DNA of 64,000 nucleotides from assembly GCF_018350175.1 (NCBI RefSeq), contig NC_058376.1, positions 133,734,001-133,798,000 of the forward strand, given 5' to 3'. The translations under genes were made by a program, and so were the position numbers. The notes under the pieces were generated by a model. It was not told the origin of the DNA, made no database searches, and saw only the letters and a program-made list of their open reading frames with translations. How positions within the stretch are numbered: position 1 is the stretch's first letter; every line of letters starts with the position of its first letter. Below, in pieces: positions 1 to 12,038 of this stretch. This DNA comes from Felis catus. Taxonomy: Eukaryota.

Positions 1-59
1 TCTGATAAAGCTCAGTGTGGAGAAAAGGCTTCTAAGTTGTGTTCTGTTGAGCTCAAACT

Positions 60-1060
60 CCTGGGGAAAAGACTCATAAATAATTACAGTGTAGTATAGT
101 GAGGGCTGTAGTAGAGCAATGTACTAAGTGCTTTAAGAGCCTAGAGGAGCAACTCATTATGTCTTCTGGAGTCAGGAACATCTTATCGGTGGAGGAAACA
201 TTTGTGCTTTCTTAAAGAATGCCTTTAAGTTCTCCCAGTGGAGAGAGGGAAATAGAACGTCAAAACCTAGCAACCATATAGAGAGTGAGAATATAGATGA
301 CGCTAGAGAAGAATCTGGGGACCAGGTTATGATGGACCATGTGTGCCAGCTACGGAGAATGATGTTGTCTTGAAGTGGAACTATTGGAGAATTGTAGGTT
401 GATAAGTGATCCCCTCAGGGCAATTTTGATGGTGATTTGAGAAAAAGATTGAAGCTGGGGGCAGGTGAGGGGCAGTGAACTAGATAGAGTCAGCCAGCAT
501 TAGGAGGCTACTGCAATGGTCCAAGCCAAGTGCAGTGAGACAGTAAACTAGGTCACTCTGGTGGGAATGGGACAACCTAGAGACACTTCTAGGTTGATTT
601 ACATGGTTAACTATGCCTTGATAGTTAACTGGAACGTGGGGTGCCAGGAGTTGAGGCTGATGCTGAGTACTTCATAAGGCTACTGTGTGGGCAGAATATC
701 ATAAAAAGAAATATGGAATACAGGAGAATAGAGGTATGGAGTAAAAATTCAGTGAATTAAACCTAAGGCATGTGGAGTTTGAGATTCCTGTGGCACAGCC
801 AGGCCAAAAATCTCAGCAGGGAAAGAGAGAGTTTCAATGATATAAGGAGAGTTAGCATGTTCCACGAAGGCCAAGAAAGATGAAGATTACATTGGGTTTG
901 TTAATTAGGATGTCAACCATGACCTTTGGGAGGGCAGTTTCAATAGAAGAGGAAGGAAGCCAGTTATAACAGGCTGGTAACTGAAAAATTACTAGGAACA
1001 TATATCCAGAATATATTTATGTAGAAGGAAAGTAGCGAGATAGTACAGTGGAGAGGAGCT
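60..1060 (-). mobile_element. Degraded L2 LINE, 3' region
   Basis: Purine-rich segments typical of antisense L2 (e.g. aggaggctactgcaatggtccaag; ttgggtttgttaattaggatgtcaaccatgacctttgggagggcagtttcaatag). Boundaries approximate. Confidence 0.6.
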
Positions 1061-1779
1061 TTAATACCTAAGCCCTCCTTAATTATAACATGGGGGAATT
1101 ATACCACAAAGAGTAATTTTAAACTGGGCACACAGTGTTCCAATCCTTAGAGCCCACAGGCCCAGCCTTATGGGGTTTCTGATGAAGGCAACCTTCTCCT
1201 CTTGGCTCTTGGAGGCCTAATTCTCCTCCTCACTTCCCTGGAACATCCATGAAGACCTGAGACACTAAGCCTGCGAGGAGCAGGTGGCTCAGGAAGAGGA
1301 AATTTCCTCTTCCTTTAGTCTAAGGCTGCCTTTCAAACCCTTGATTCTTGTATGATTGACATTGAGATTAAAGACCCCGCTCCACCTTCCACCCAAAGAA
1401 GGGTTATAAAACCCTTTGGTCCCCAAAGAAAAAAACAGTTACATCAGACCAGAAGAGTCCAATGATCAAAAAGATAGTCATACGTGGTTTCTGATATGGA
1501 GTTAGCCTAAGATGCAGGGGTGATGGGTAAGGTAAGGATAAATAGCATGGCGGGGAAGTTAAAGCAATTTGTTTTCTGATGTGTTTTATTGTGTGCGAAG
1601 TAGAATTCTAGGACTGTCGCAGAGATGGCGGGGAGGGTAGTACGGGCAGCAGCAGGCCAGCTGGGAGAGTTCGGAGAATGGAAATCAGAGCCAGTTAGCA
1701 AGGGGTAAAATATTGCCTCAGAGCACCAAAGGCTCCATTGAACACATAAATCATACACTTGGCCAGTCAGCATGGCTAT

Positions 1780-2270
1780 AGGATTTTTTTTTTCCTCCTC
1801 TCCAGCAGAGTGGCAGCCTGGGGCATGTATCATTGGATGTATGAAAAACTGTAGATTCACAAGATGGTCACAATTGACAGTGATGGGCCTAGGATGCTGG
1901 TGGGAATGTGGCTGAAAGTCTTGGTCCTGAGGTCCAGGCTGGGTAGGGAAGAAAGGCATAGACAGGAGTGCTGATGGACCGCGAGAGTGGGAGGGGGTGA
2001 AGGAAGCCCATGTCTTGCTAAGGTTGGCAGGTGGGGAAGTAAAGGGAAATAAGAGGAAGGGACTGATGGAAAGGCAGAGTTTTTGGCTAGACAATGGGTT
2101 TCTGAGTTTCTGAGTTCAGAGATGAAATAGCTCTGGGGTTGGGGATGTGGGCATGGGTAGATGAAGGGAAGTAAGTTGGGAGCCGTACATCAACACATTT
2201 GGATGGCGAAAATGATACGGTCATCAGAGTCCTTGAACACATTAAAATAAAGCCATCCTTGAAAATCATT
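1780..2270 (-). mobile_element. Degraded L2 ORF2 remnant (end of endonuclease domain and adjacent region)
   Basis: The minus strand gives frameshifted fragments resembling L2 ORF2 motifs (ISELRNSENPLSSQ vs SNIPLSDH; ccaggctgccactctgctggaga vs RAAERCWRK). Collinear with the L2 3' fragment to the left. Confidence 0.45.
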
Positions 2271-3976
2271 TTGACAAGACCCCGATATAGGCAAAATGTG
2301 AAAGGCATTGACTACACTTTGCTCATCATGCAATTAGGAAGTAGGTTAGGGGGGAAAAAAAAGGCCTCTCTTCAGACCTTATAAAGAACAATATGTGGAG
2401 ACCTCACTTCGTGGGTGTCCTTCTCTTAAGAGAATGAGCTAACACAATAGGTAATTTTATATTCCAGATTTTTGGCTTCTCTGGAAAAAGAGATGATCAT
2501 GGCAGCACCAGGCCAGGACTCCCTTGTGGTGGCAGTAAGATCACTTACCAGGTTACCTGAGTCCCTATCACCCCACAGTGCTGGCCCACACCTGGATGAG
2601 TGTCAGTTGCTGTTTATCATTATGTTCACACTCTCTTTCTTAGAGTTCAGAGGAAAGTGAAACATTTCTTATATTCAAGGATCTTTTTAAAACTAGAAAA
2701 AGATGAATCGGGAAGAGTATTCCTCTGTACTTGGTATGCAAATATGTCACTGTTGAATAACTATAAATTATGATGCTGTTATGAAACAAATCCTTCCAGC
2801 TTTACTCATTACATTATCCACCTGGCTCCTTATGGGCATTTGAGTTTACAGTGACTCCTTTAATAAAATAAGAGTGGAAATACAGTCAAATACATGCAAG
2901 TTTACAAAAGCAGCATGAAAGGCAATGGTACTTTTTAGAGCCAATCATATTGTTACTTTTGTTCATGAAATAATCTTATCAAATCTCCAGTAATTAATAG
3001 ATTCCCTCAAAGTGCTATCTAACTCAGTAGACACTGAGAGCAATTTAATGAATTGTTCCTCAGTGGCTGGAAAGTGTTGATGTAATTCCCTGAGTGCCTA
3101 ACTTCTTGGCAGTCATATATACTTGTAGATGGGTGAAGGATCTTTTAGCATCAGAGGAAAGGAAGAGTATGAAAATGAAAGCTTCCGGCAGGTCTAACTT
3201 GCCTCTATGGTGCCCAGGAAGAAAGGTGATTGCTGTATATCTCTTGTTAAGGATCATGATAAAACAAACACAATCCAAGCTGTTGGAGTATACTAGATTA
3301 AAATCAACATCTTGGATTAACTCAGGAGGCAAATGAGTAGCCAGTGTGGACCAGTACATTGATATAATCTGGTGTTTCCTTAAAGCATTTTGTTCTTCTA
3401 CTTTCTGCTCTACTTAGCTCCCCATTAAGCATCTGGGGGGGAATGGCCGAATAGGAAGGCTTAGAGGTTGAACTGCATCTTTAGAGAAATACAGAAATAA
3501 TATGAGATTGAGATTTGGGAAATGAAAACTGGTATAATACATTGAGGGGAAAAAATAATCTGAAGGCCAAGTGATCAGTGAGTCAGAAAAATTTAGAGAG
3601 TCGTAATGTTAGAGCCTGCGAACTGGAAACTAGATATGAATTCATAACCTACAAGGGTATAAATGACGGCAAGAAGTCAGTAAACAGCGTCAGTGTTATT
3701 TTGGGAGGCTGAAGGAAGGTTATTACGGACCAGAGAGCCTGAATAGCTTACATTCTAGGCATCGAATTAAAGAGACAAACAAATAGAAGAGAATTTGGTG
3801 AAGGGGGACAATGATGATTAAAAGCTGAGATGGAAATATGAAGAAAACTTAAAAAAAGATAAAGCTCTGTATTGCTTTGTAAACGTATGTATTGTATAAC
3901 AGGCTCACAAGAGTTTAAAGGTGTTTATTGACTTTAAATGTTATGGACAAATTACTCATGAACATCTAACCATGAG

Positions 3977-4002
<26 letters not shown>
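3977..4002. repeat. (TA)n microsatellite
   Basis: Perfect TA run seen directly. Confidence 0.95.
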
Positions 4003-4007
<5 letters not shown>

Positions 4008-6215
4008 AATTGGCATAAGCACCATGGAGTTATCCAGAATGAGCATTTTATTTGTGTCTTGCCTATCTCTTATTGCCCCACTCTGAAAATTTGTCTGAAG
4101 GAACCACTAGACAGGATCTGCTGAGGAATGACTATGATATTTTGGCTCTTTCTAACTCTAACTTCTATGAATTTTACAATGCCATGAAAACACTTCCGTA
4201 AGATTTTGGCAAAATATTTACAATTTCTTCAATAACACTGCTCATGGAATAGGAGAAATGGAAAGCAATCACTTAGTAACTGCAGAGAGACAAGCAGGAA
4301 GGAGAGAAACAATTGCTTACTATGCTGTTTGTGATGAAAAAAAAAAAAAATCTGAGTTTAGCTATTAAAAAGCCTGTTGGGAGCCGAGAATCGCACATGT
4401 CAGAGGAACATGCTGCTTCCCATCACCCATAGAGAAGAAATGGTACCTACATGGTCTGGCTGCTGGTGTGATGAAGTATAGCTATAACATCAGCAGGCAT
4501 GTGACCGGTGGCTTGTGGGAGACAAGCACTCAGGGGGATAAAAAGGAACCTGGCACAGGCCTTGGGCTTTTGGCATCACTAGTTACAGGTCTGCCAAGAT
4601 GCTTTGGGAAACGTTTTAATTTAAATGCCAAGTCTATTTCAACGAAGTCTCCCTGGTTTGACCTGCTGGGAGTCCAGAGTGAGATGGATAGGTGCTCATG
4701 TAGGAGAGCATTAGGTGAATTAGATGGTGGTTTTATTAAAAACAAAAACAAAAACATCCTGGGGGTTTAACTCTCTGTATGTCCCCACTCACAAGGGAAA
4801 TTCACGGGTATAAGTTGCAGGATGTAGGACTCTCATAGCATGTTACTAGTGATTGGTAAATGCAGGAAAGGGCAGAGATATCTTCAGGCAATTACTCAAC
4901 ATATCAAAATTAGAGAACATGAAGAATAAAGGCCCAGCATTTTTCCTTTCCTCCCCCTCAGCCATACTGGCTGGCTACTTTGACTATGAATTCAAAATAA
5001 GGCAGATTAAGAATCTGATCTACATCATTTGAATATATTTTCTTGCAAAACTATCACGACAGTAAAACAATTGTTTGAACCCAAACTAGGAAAAATAAAG
5101 GGATGAGACAATAAAAAATTAAAACATTGTTGTCCCTCGATGTGAAAATATTTCTGTTAGTGTGTAGGCCCAGATTGGCTAGGGATGAATAAAAGCTTTT
5201 CTGATGGGTTACAAAAACATGAATCCAGAAGATCAGAAGAATTAAAACGCCCCCAAGAATAACATGAAGGTATTTGAAGCTGCTTCAGAGGCAAGGGCGG
5301 GTATGTATACCTATGGAAAGCCCAGTTTCCTCAGAGGCTACTTGGCAGTTAGTTTGCTATAACATCATGCTAATAAAAGCAAAGACTTTAAGTTCGCCGC
5401 CCCCCCACCCCCACCCTCGCCCTCAGCCGACTATCCTTCGGGCCCTGCGGGAAGAGCATTCTCTGAAAAGGAAACACTAGTTGCACAAGAGCTGGGGTTC
5501 TGGAGAAGCTCTGGAGGCTGAAGCCAGGGAACCTGGGACAGGGAGGTGGGTGGGGCCAGGCTGGGTGGGGCCTCCGGTACCACCCTGAGGAGTTTGAGCC
5601 CCATCTTTGCTCGAGGGATGGAGATCCAGGGGAGATATTTGTGCTGGGGAACGGCAAGATCAGGATTTTTAGGCAGGTCACTCTACCTGAAGCATTAGGG
5701 AAGGGAAAGAAGGGGCAAGAACCAGAGAGAAGAGGGCCTGGCTGTTCTGATCCAAGTAGGATGCCGCTCCAAAAGATGAGCCTGACCTAAGGCGGGGGCC
5801 CGCAGCAGGCTGGACCTGGCGGCGGGATCAGGAAGGACACTGGGAGGGAGGCACGACGGTGATAAATCCCTGTAGGGCGACTCAGAGAGCACAGTACAGG
5901 CTCTGCCGAGGTCCTTTACTCTTCACCTCTCGCCGCCCCAACCCCGCCCGCGCCCCAGCATCCTTGCAACCAGTTGAATCAATTCACAGTTCAGGAGCCT
6001 GGGGAACGGAATTGGTTTCTGTATGTGAAACAGGTCTGCCCCTCTGGGGAAGCCCAGAGGGGAACGTCCGGAGGGCCTTTTCCAGGGCTGGGCGGGAGGG
6101 GAACGAGTCCGGCGCGCGGATCGGGGGCTCGAGGGAGGTGCAGAGGCCGAGCCCCCGAGCCCCAGACCTTCTCTCCCGGCCCCCAGACCTCCGCGGTCGT
6201 TGCCCCTCGGGCGCC

Positions 6216-6230
6216 GGGCGGGTGATTGGC
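6216..6230 (-). promoter_or_regulatory. Adjacent GC box and inverted CCAAT box (Sp/KLF and NF-Y motif pair)
   Basis: gggcgggtgattggc: GGGCGG followed by ATTGG (6225-6229) inside the CpG island. Motif match only. Confidence 0.45.
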
Positions 6231-6907
6231 AGTTGCCGCAGCTCTAGGGGGACCCGGGTATCCAGGACCCGTGGCCGCCGCCGGTTGCCGTCCGCTCGCT
6301 CGGCGGCGAGGTTTCCGCGGCCCCATGACCTGGCCTGGGCTGGAGCAGCCGCGACGGGCGGCGACCCCCGAGCTGGAGCCCGGGCGGCTCGCGGTGGGTC
6401 GGGGGCAGCCGGGGAAGGTCCCGAGGCCTACGGTGGGCAGCGCCGAGCCTGGAGGAGACGGCCGCGGGCGGAGGCGGGGGGTCTGGGCTGCCCCCCTCAG
6501 GAGCTGCCCCGGGCCGCACCGCCACCGTCACGGCCCGGCCGCCCCTGCCCGCCGTGCGCTTCCTCTTGGAGCCGCAGGCCTCAGCGGGGACTCTGGGGGG
6601 CCGCGGCGGGGCCCGGCACGCGACGGCCTCTGGGGAGTTGGGGTCTGGGGAGACCGGGCTTCATCCCCCGCTCGCCCAGGCCGCGAGACCCTCGGGAGGC
6701 GCCTCCGCGAGGCCAGAGAGCAGCGGGCTCCCGCCGCTTCCCCTCTTCCTGAGCCCAAGGTGGGCACCCCGGCCCGGGGCTGGACGCCTGGTTCCCGCGT
6801 GATGAGCGCTCCGACCCCTGGCGAGGGGGTGGGGGTACCCTGAGCCTCAGCGGAGAGCGCCCCGAGCCCTTGAGGCCGCCGCCGCGTTACCTCGGGGTGG
6901 GTGCCCC

Positions 6908-7568
6908 NNNNNNNNNNNNNNNNNNNNNNNNNNNNNNNNNNNNNNNNNNNNNNNNNNNNNNNNNNNNNNNNNNNNNNNNNNNNNNNNNNNNNNNNNNNNN
7001 NNNNNNNNNNNNNNNNNNNNNNNNNNNNNNNNNNNNNNNNNNNNNNNNNNNNNNNNNNNNNNNCTCTTCTCTCCCCTGCAGGAATCTTCCGATAATTCTG
7101 CCGCCACGACTTGAANNNNNNNNNNNNNNNNNNNNNNNNNNNNNNNNNNNNNNNNNNNNNNNNNNNNNNNNNNNNNNNNNNNNNNNNNNNNNNNNNNNNN
7201 NNNNNNNNNNNNNNNNNNNNNNNNNNNNNNNNNNNNNNNNNNNNNNNNNNNNNNNNNNNNNNNNNNNNNNNNNNNNNNNNNNNNNNNNNNNNNNNNNNNN
7301 NNNNNNNNNNNNNNNNNNNNNNNNNNNNNNNNNNNNNNNNNNNNNNNNNNNNNNNNNNNNNNNNNNNNNNNNNNNNNNNNNNNNNNNNNNNNNNNNNNNN
7401 NNNNNNNNNNNNNNNNNNNNNNNNNNNNNNNNNNNNNNNNNNNNNNNNNNNNNNNNNNNNNNNNNNNNNNNNNNNNNNNNNNNNNNNNNNNNNNNNNNNN
7501 NNNNNNNNNNNNNNNNNNNNNNNNNNNNNNNNNNNNNNNNNNNNNNNNNNNNNNNNNNNNNNNNNNNN
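6908..7568. other. Assembly gaps (6908-7063 and 7116-7568) hiding the PLCL2 5' UTR and start codon
   Basis: N runs around a 52-bp islet (7064-7115). Other gaps lie at about 15149-15322, 15521-15851, 16419-16547, 16566-16738, 17082-17299 and 35636-35912. Confidence 0.97.
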
Positions 7569-7676
7569 AGGGGACCCCGTGGCGCCGCGCTCGCCCCGAC
7601 CCCCAGCCCGGCCGCCTGCCCCCTCCCCCGGGAGAGCAAACCCGGCGGCCTGCCCCGCCGGAGCAGCATCATCAAG
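7569..7676 (+). CDS. PLCL2: Inactive phospholipase C-like protein 2 (PRIP-2), visible 3' part of coding exon 1 (36 codons, 5' end in gap)
   Basis: Translates to RGPRGAALAPTPSPAACPLPRESKPGGLPRRSSIIK, matching the PLCL2 N-terminus as I recall it (human ...RGPRGVALAPTPSAVVCTLPRESKPGGLPRRSSIIK|DGTKQK). Followed by the donor AAG|GTAGGT. PLCL1 shares only PRRSSIIK. Confidence 0.95.
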
Positions 7677-10600
7677 GTAGGTGAGAGAAGGGCGCACATC
7701 GCCCACCCCCAGCCGTTCTCGGGGTCAGTTTCCCAAGAGGAGAGTGGTGGTGGAAGGAGGGGGTTATACGAGGAGTCCCCTGCCTACGGGAACCACTGGT
7801 GCATGGGTGCTTGGGGTGCTTGAACAGGGATTGGATGCACACAGCATTTGGAAAGAATGGAGAGGTGATCCTTAATGTGCAGGGGGAGCTGTGCTCAGAC
7901 ATTCCCAGTTGAACTTGGGGCTGTCACCTTTTCCAGGACTGGCCTGGAATTATGGCCTGTACCTGGTTGGGCAGGACATTCTCTTCTGTGGTAGCCTTGA
8001 CTGGTAACAGACTGCCTGTAACGTGTCTATTGTATGTTAAATACAGTGGTTAGGTGAAAACATTTTCTTAAAAATCCCAGGGGGTGAACAAGCTTATTTA
8101 ATAGGATTCTTCTGATCTGTATCTAGTTGCCTCTTGCAAATGGTTACACTTCGAGGGTGCAAAATCTCTGGTCCCTCACTCACACGGAGAAATGGAGTAG
8201 GTTTTCTAAACACAAATGAAGATTTCCGCTTTCTTAGGCTCAAAAGCACTGAGACATTACAGTTCTGCACAATTTAATCTTTTCCTTGCTGCAGTAGGCA
8301 GGCCTCCAGTTCTGTGGAAGTTCTTTTGAGCGGTTTGCTTGGTTTTGGTATCTTTTGCATAGTGATACTTAGCAGCAGAAAGTCAGCAATTGTTTTGTGC
8401 ATTTCAAACTTAAGAAGTAATATTAGGAACTCCTGAGTTTGTGGTGGTTTCATTCTAATACTACATTTTGGTCTGCCGTGTAAAAATATTTCTCGTGACC
8501 TGAAGTGAAAAAAAATAGTTGATGAGCTAAGAAGAGCAGAGCCTTAGGCAAGAGTAGCTCATTCTGCTTAAGTTCAGAGCAAATAGGAAAACATTGCTTT
8601 CTGAAAATCAAGGGGTTACCAGGACAATGGGCAGCAAAGCACATTGACAGGGCTGCACCCACCCTTCCTGTGGCTGATAACCCATGGGAGAGAGGGCAAA
8701 ACAGGCCACAGTAAAGAGAGTTGGCACTGGTGGTATTTGAAATTTAATTGGACCTGCAGAAATCTTCCTAAGTACTCTGTAGTGTCTGGTGGTGTTATCA
8801 GCTTCTGCAGTAATCTAGTGAAATATACCACCTTCCTACCCTCTGTAACAGGCAGTTGTGAAACTGCTTTTCGCTTTGTCATCTGTTTGTACAGTTTATG
8901 TCTGGGCAAGGGCACAAGTGAAGGGCTTAAAGATCAAGTGTGTTAACTACCTGCAGTAGGCATTGAGAATTTAAGGAAAGTAACATATTTTTGCTACATA
9001 CTTGGCTTTTAAAATGTGACTTACATTTTCTTTTGCTGTGTAGCTTCTGTTTCCATGGAAGTTGCTTTCAACTATGCATGATCATCAATCCTATGAACAG
9101 AGTTATGTGTCAACTCTGTTTTTATTGGTTGCCAGATATTTGTAGTGATATTGCATTGCGGTTTTAATGAAATTTGAGGTGAAATTCCAGAGAAGATACC
9201 AACCTACTTAATTTTAATTCTTATTTAATTTGTTGGAGAGCCTGTTTTTGTACTTTAAAAAGAAAAATCAAGCTTTATTGGTGTCCATAGTGGGATTCAC
9301 AGTGTAACTTATTTAAAACAGCTATTTTAATTTTATATTCAGAATAGGACGAAGGATGATTTGCCAATATTTCTGATATGTGGAATTGAGAACTTGTCGG
9401 TAGATATCATTTCTTCATTGAAGATTCTAGAAGCACATGGGGAAATCATTAATTATTCAGCAATCACTGGTTTTTGAGTTTTGAAACTTTGAAAGATATC
9501 TTTGTCATTTTTCTTTTTTCTAATGAAGGCAATTGGTTTCTTGTTCAGAGTTGTGTCCCTGGATACATATTGCCAGGAACATATTAGGGATTCAATAGAT
9601 TGCTTCCTGAATGAATGGAGGAATGATAAGAAAGTACATGTTTTCTCTAAGTTCTGTCAATTTCTGAAATTGGTGGTTTGGTGTTTACTAGTCTCATATC
9701 TTGTTCATTTACTTACACCTCCTAAGATGACTTGATTTACTCCTTTTTCTTTCCTCTTTGTCAATGTACATTTTCTTAAACACACTTTGAAACTATGGAA
9801 ATAGTGTTGAAAGTTGATCAAGTCTGGGTTATAGGAAAGCGGTATGCTATATTTAAGTCGGTAACTACTTGGTATATTTCCCCTTGAATTGGTGCCTTAA
9901 AGGATCAAGATTTTAGAAACTTAGTGTGGTATTTTCTGCAGACATAACAGTATCAAGACAATATTCTAATATTGTCTAATATTCTTTAACATCAAATTTC
10001 ATAAATATTTGCAATGAATAGTGCACAGACATTTTTGTCATATGAATGGCAGAAATTATTTCACCTTTGTTAAAAAACAGTAGAAAAACTTAGTAGAAGC
10101 TCATGTCAAAAAGCAATAGCGACACCTCTTCATTAGTTTCCTTATGTTCTTTTTGAATATAAGGGATGAGTTCAGTCAGGTGATGAAAAGATTGGGGCGG
10201 GAGTAGATGGGTAAGCAAGGTGATAATCGGGGACTTGAGGTCATGGCAGGGAGTTGCTGGCTGAGGCACAGAGACCAGTATTTATGGGGTTGCTTTAGTT
10301 GAAACGTTGGGCTTGTGAGCTATACCTTTTTCCTAGCTTTCATCTTCATTACCCTCTTGACATTCCTCTTGTATGGGGATCCCCAAGTCAGAGGGGGAAA
10401 TGACAGCCTGGATGTGATAAGCAGTGGGCACAGAAAGGGTATTATTGCTGAGATGCAGGACATATGCAGAGATACACTGTGGGCTGACCAGAATTATATT
10501 TCTCATTTAAAATCACTTCTTTGGAACTCCATCTGTTTTGTAAATATGGTGTTGAGTAAAAAAATTGTTGTAAAACTACATTTTCTGCCAAAATAGATGC

Positions 10601-11159
10601 ACAGATCTATACTAAAAGCTCCTTGGTTATGGCTACAGTGCTGATGAAGACTCAGAGTGAGCAGCCTTATGGAATCTTTTACAAATACATTGAGAAGAGA
10701 AATAATCATGGAACTCATCACCAGACTTCTCTACTTTTCTTTAGTTTAGTGGAAATAATATTACACTTTTTAAATTATTTACAAAGGCCCATTACCAAAT
10801 TTTTAGGGAAGGAGCCATTATGTTTGTCATCTTAAGTAATCTAGTAAACGAAAACATCACTTTCATTTTCTCTTTCCATATTTCATTTCATCACACCATT
10901 CAGTACAATCCACGCCTTCTTTTGAAACAGCTAATTTGGTCAGTTGTTTAGGCGACATCTATTTTTTACAAATACCTCAATCCTTTAACTCAAAGACTTG
11001 GTCTAAAAATGTGAAGTAGCATTTAGGCCTTAGATTTCTTTTTCATTTTAGCAAGAAATGAAGTTAAAGTGCCCATTAGTTTAGATGGCTTATTTTAATT
11101 AAAACCAATTGAATATTATAGTTGGTAGATATAATTGAATATTATAATTGAATATTAAA

Positions 11160-11343
11160 AAGGTGATATAATTTGTATAAAGTAAAATTCACTCTTGTTG
11201 GCGTCCAGTTCTATGAGATTGACAAAAACACACATTCATCTAACCACTACCACAATAAAAAATTCCATTGCCCTCCAAAAATTCTCCTGGTCCCTTTGTG
11301 TCTTCCCCCCTTCCCGTGCCTGGGCTGTGGCAACCACTGATCT
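11160..11343 (-). mobile_element. Old L1 (L1MB/MC-like) 3' end fragment
   Basis: aaagtaaaattcactct...cagttctatgag...aaccactaccacaat...ggcaaccactgatct is typical of an antisense L1M 3' UTR. Confidence 0.7.
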
Positions 11344-11399
11344 TGGGTACGTTTTAATAAGTAGGAAATATAGCCATTGCATGATTTTGGTAGCTAAAA

Positions 11400-11555
11400 G
11401 TAATAATAGCACGTGCTACTTATTAAACACTATGTGCAAACACGTGGAAAATACTTAATATAATTCTGTGACATGGTCCTGCCCCTGCCACGGAGGCTGA
11501 AGAAAACCCAGAGTTCAGAGAGGTTAACCACTTGCCTAATGTGCCAGAGCTGGTT
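11400..11555 (-). mobile_element. MIR fragment
   Basis: MIR core-like gaaaacccagagttcagagaggttaaccacttgcctaatg. Confidence 0.55.
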
Positions 11556-11977
11556 TACCCCATTTTGGTATGGCTGCACTCTACTGCTCCCCAGATTACA
11601 CTGACAGTTTTAAATTTTCTGTATAATTAAGGTAGCACTGGTGGTTTGGAATGCTGGCTTCAATTTTTCCCTCTAAATGTAGGGGATATTGGAGGGAACC
11701 AAAAGACTCGATTCCTGCTGGCAGAAGTTGAGGGATAATATAGCCAGACAGCTGTAGCTACCTGTTGTGGCTGCTTGATCAGAGCCTCCACCTTCTTTGG
11801 GACAGTGGTTTGATCTTGTCCAAGGTAGCAGCTCATAGTTTTCTTAGTATCATTATGTCATTATCACAGTATCATCGTGTGTAGGGGAAGCCTTTTTCCT
11901 GCCTTTATACCAACATGTATATTCCTGTGTCTTGATGCTGAGCACCCCAAGGTGGGGAAGAAGCAGATGTTCGCATT

Positions 11978-11982
<5 letters not shown>

Positions 11983-12035
<53 letters not shown>
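11983..12035. repeat. (TA)n microsatellite
   Basis: About 26 perfect TA units. Confidence 0.95.

Positions 12036-12038
<3 letters not shown>

Larger units (their letters stand above)
5780..7725 (+). promoter_or_regulatory. PLCL2: CpG island / main promoter of PLCL2
   Basis: Abrupt rise in GC and CpG density, with several GC boxes (ccccgccc ~5942, gggcgg ~6090 and ~6216, ggcggaggcgggg ~6466). Encloses coding exon 1. Confidence 0.92.

Noticed and set aside
1507-2094. 195-aa minus-strand ORF
   Set aside because: Overlaps a decayed L2 remnant, has low-complexity Ser/Pro composition and no splice context.
5859-6843. Long overlapping ORFs (297, 205 and 111 aa) in the CpG island
   Set aside because: Arg/Pro/Gly/Ala-rich frames on both strands are expected where high GC removes stop codons. 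No recognisable protein.
6528-7823. ORFs of 190-390 aa spanning N runs (also at 15-17 kb and 35.5-36 kb)
   Set aside because: Lengths are inflated by X residues from gaps. Only 7569-7676 is supported as coding.
11105-11157. Three copies of aattgaatatta
   Set aside because: AT-rich micro-duplication at the tail of an old L1, with no sign of function.
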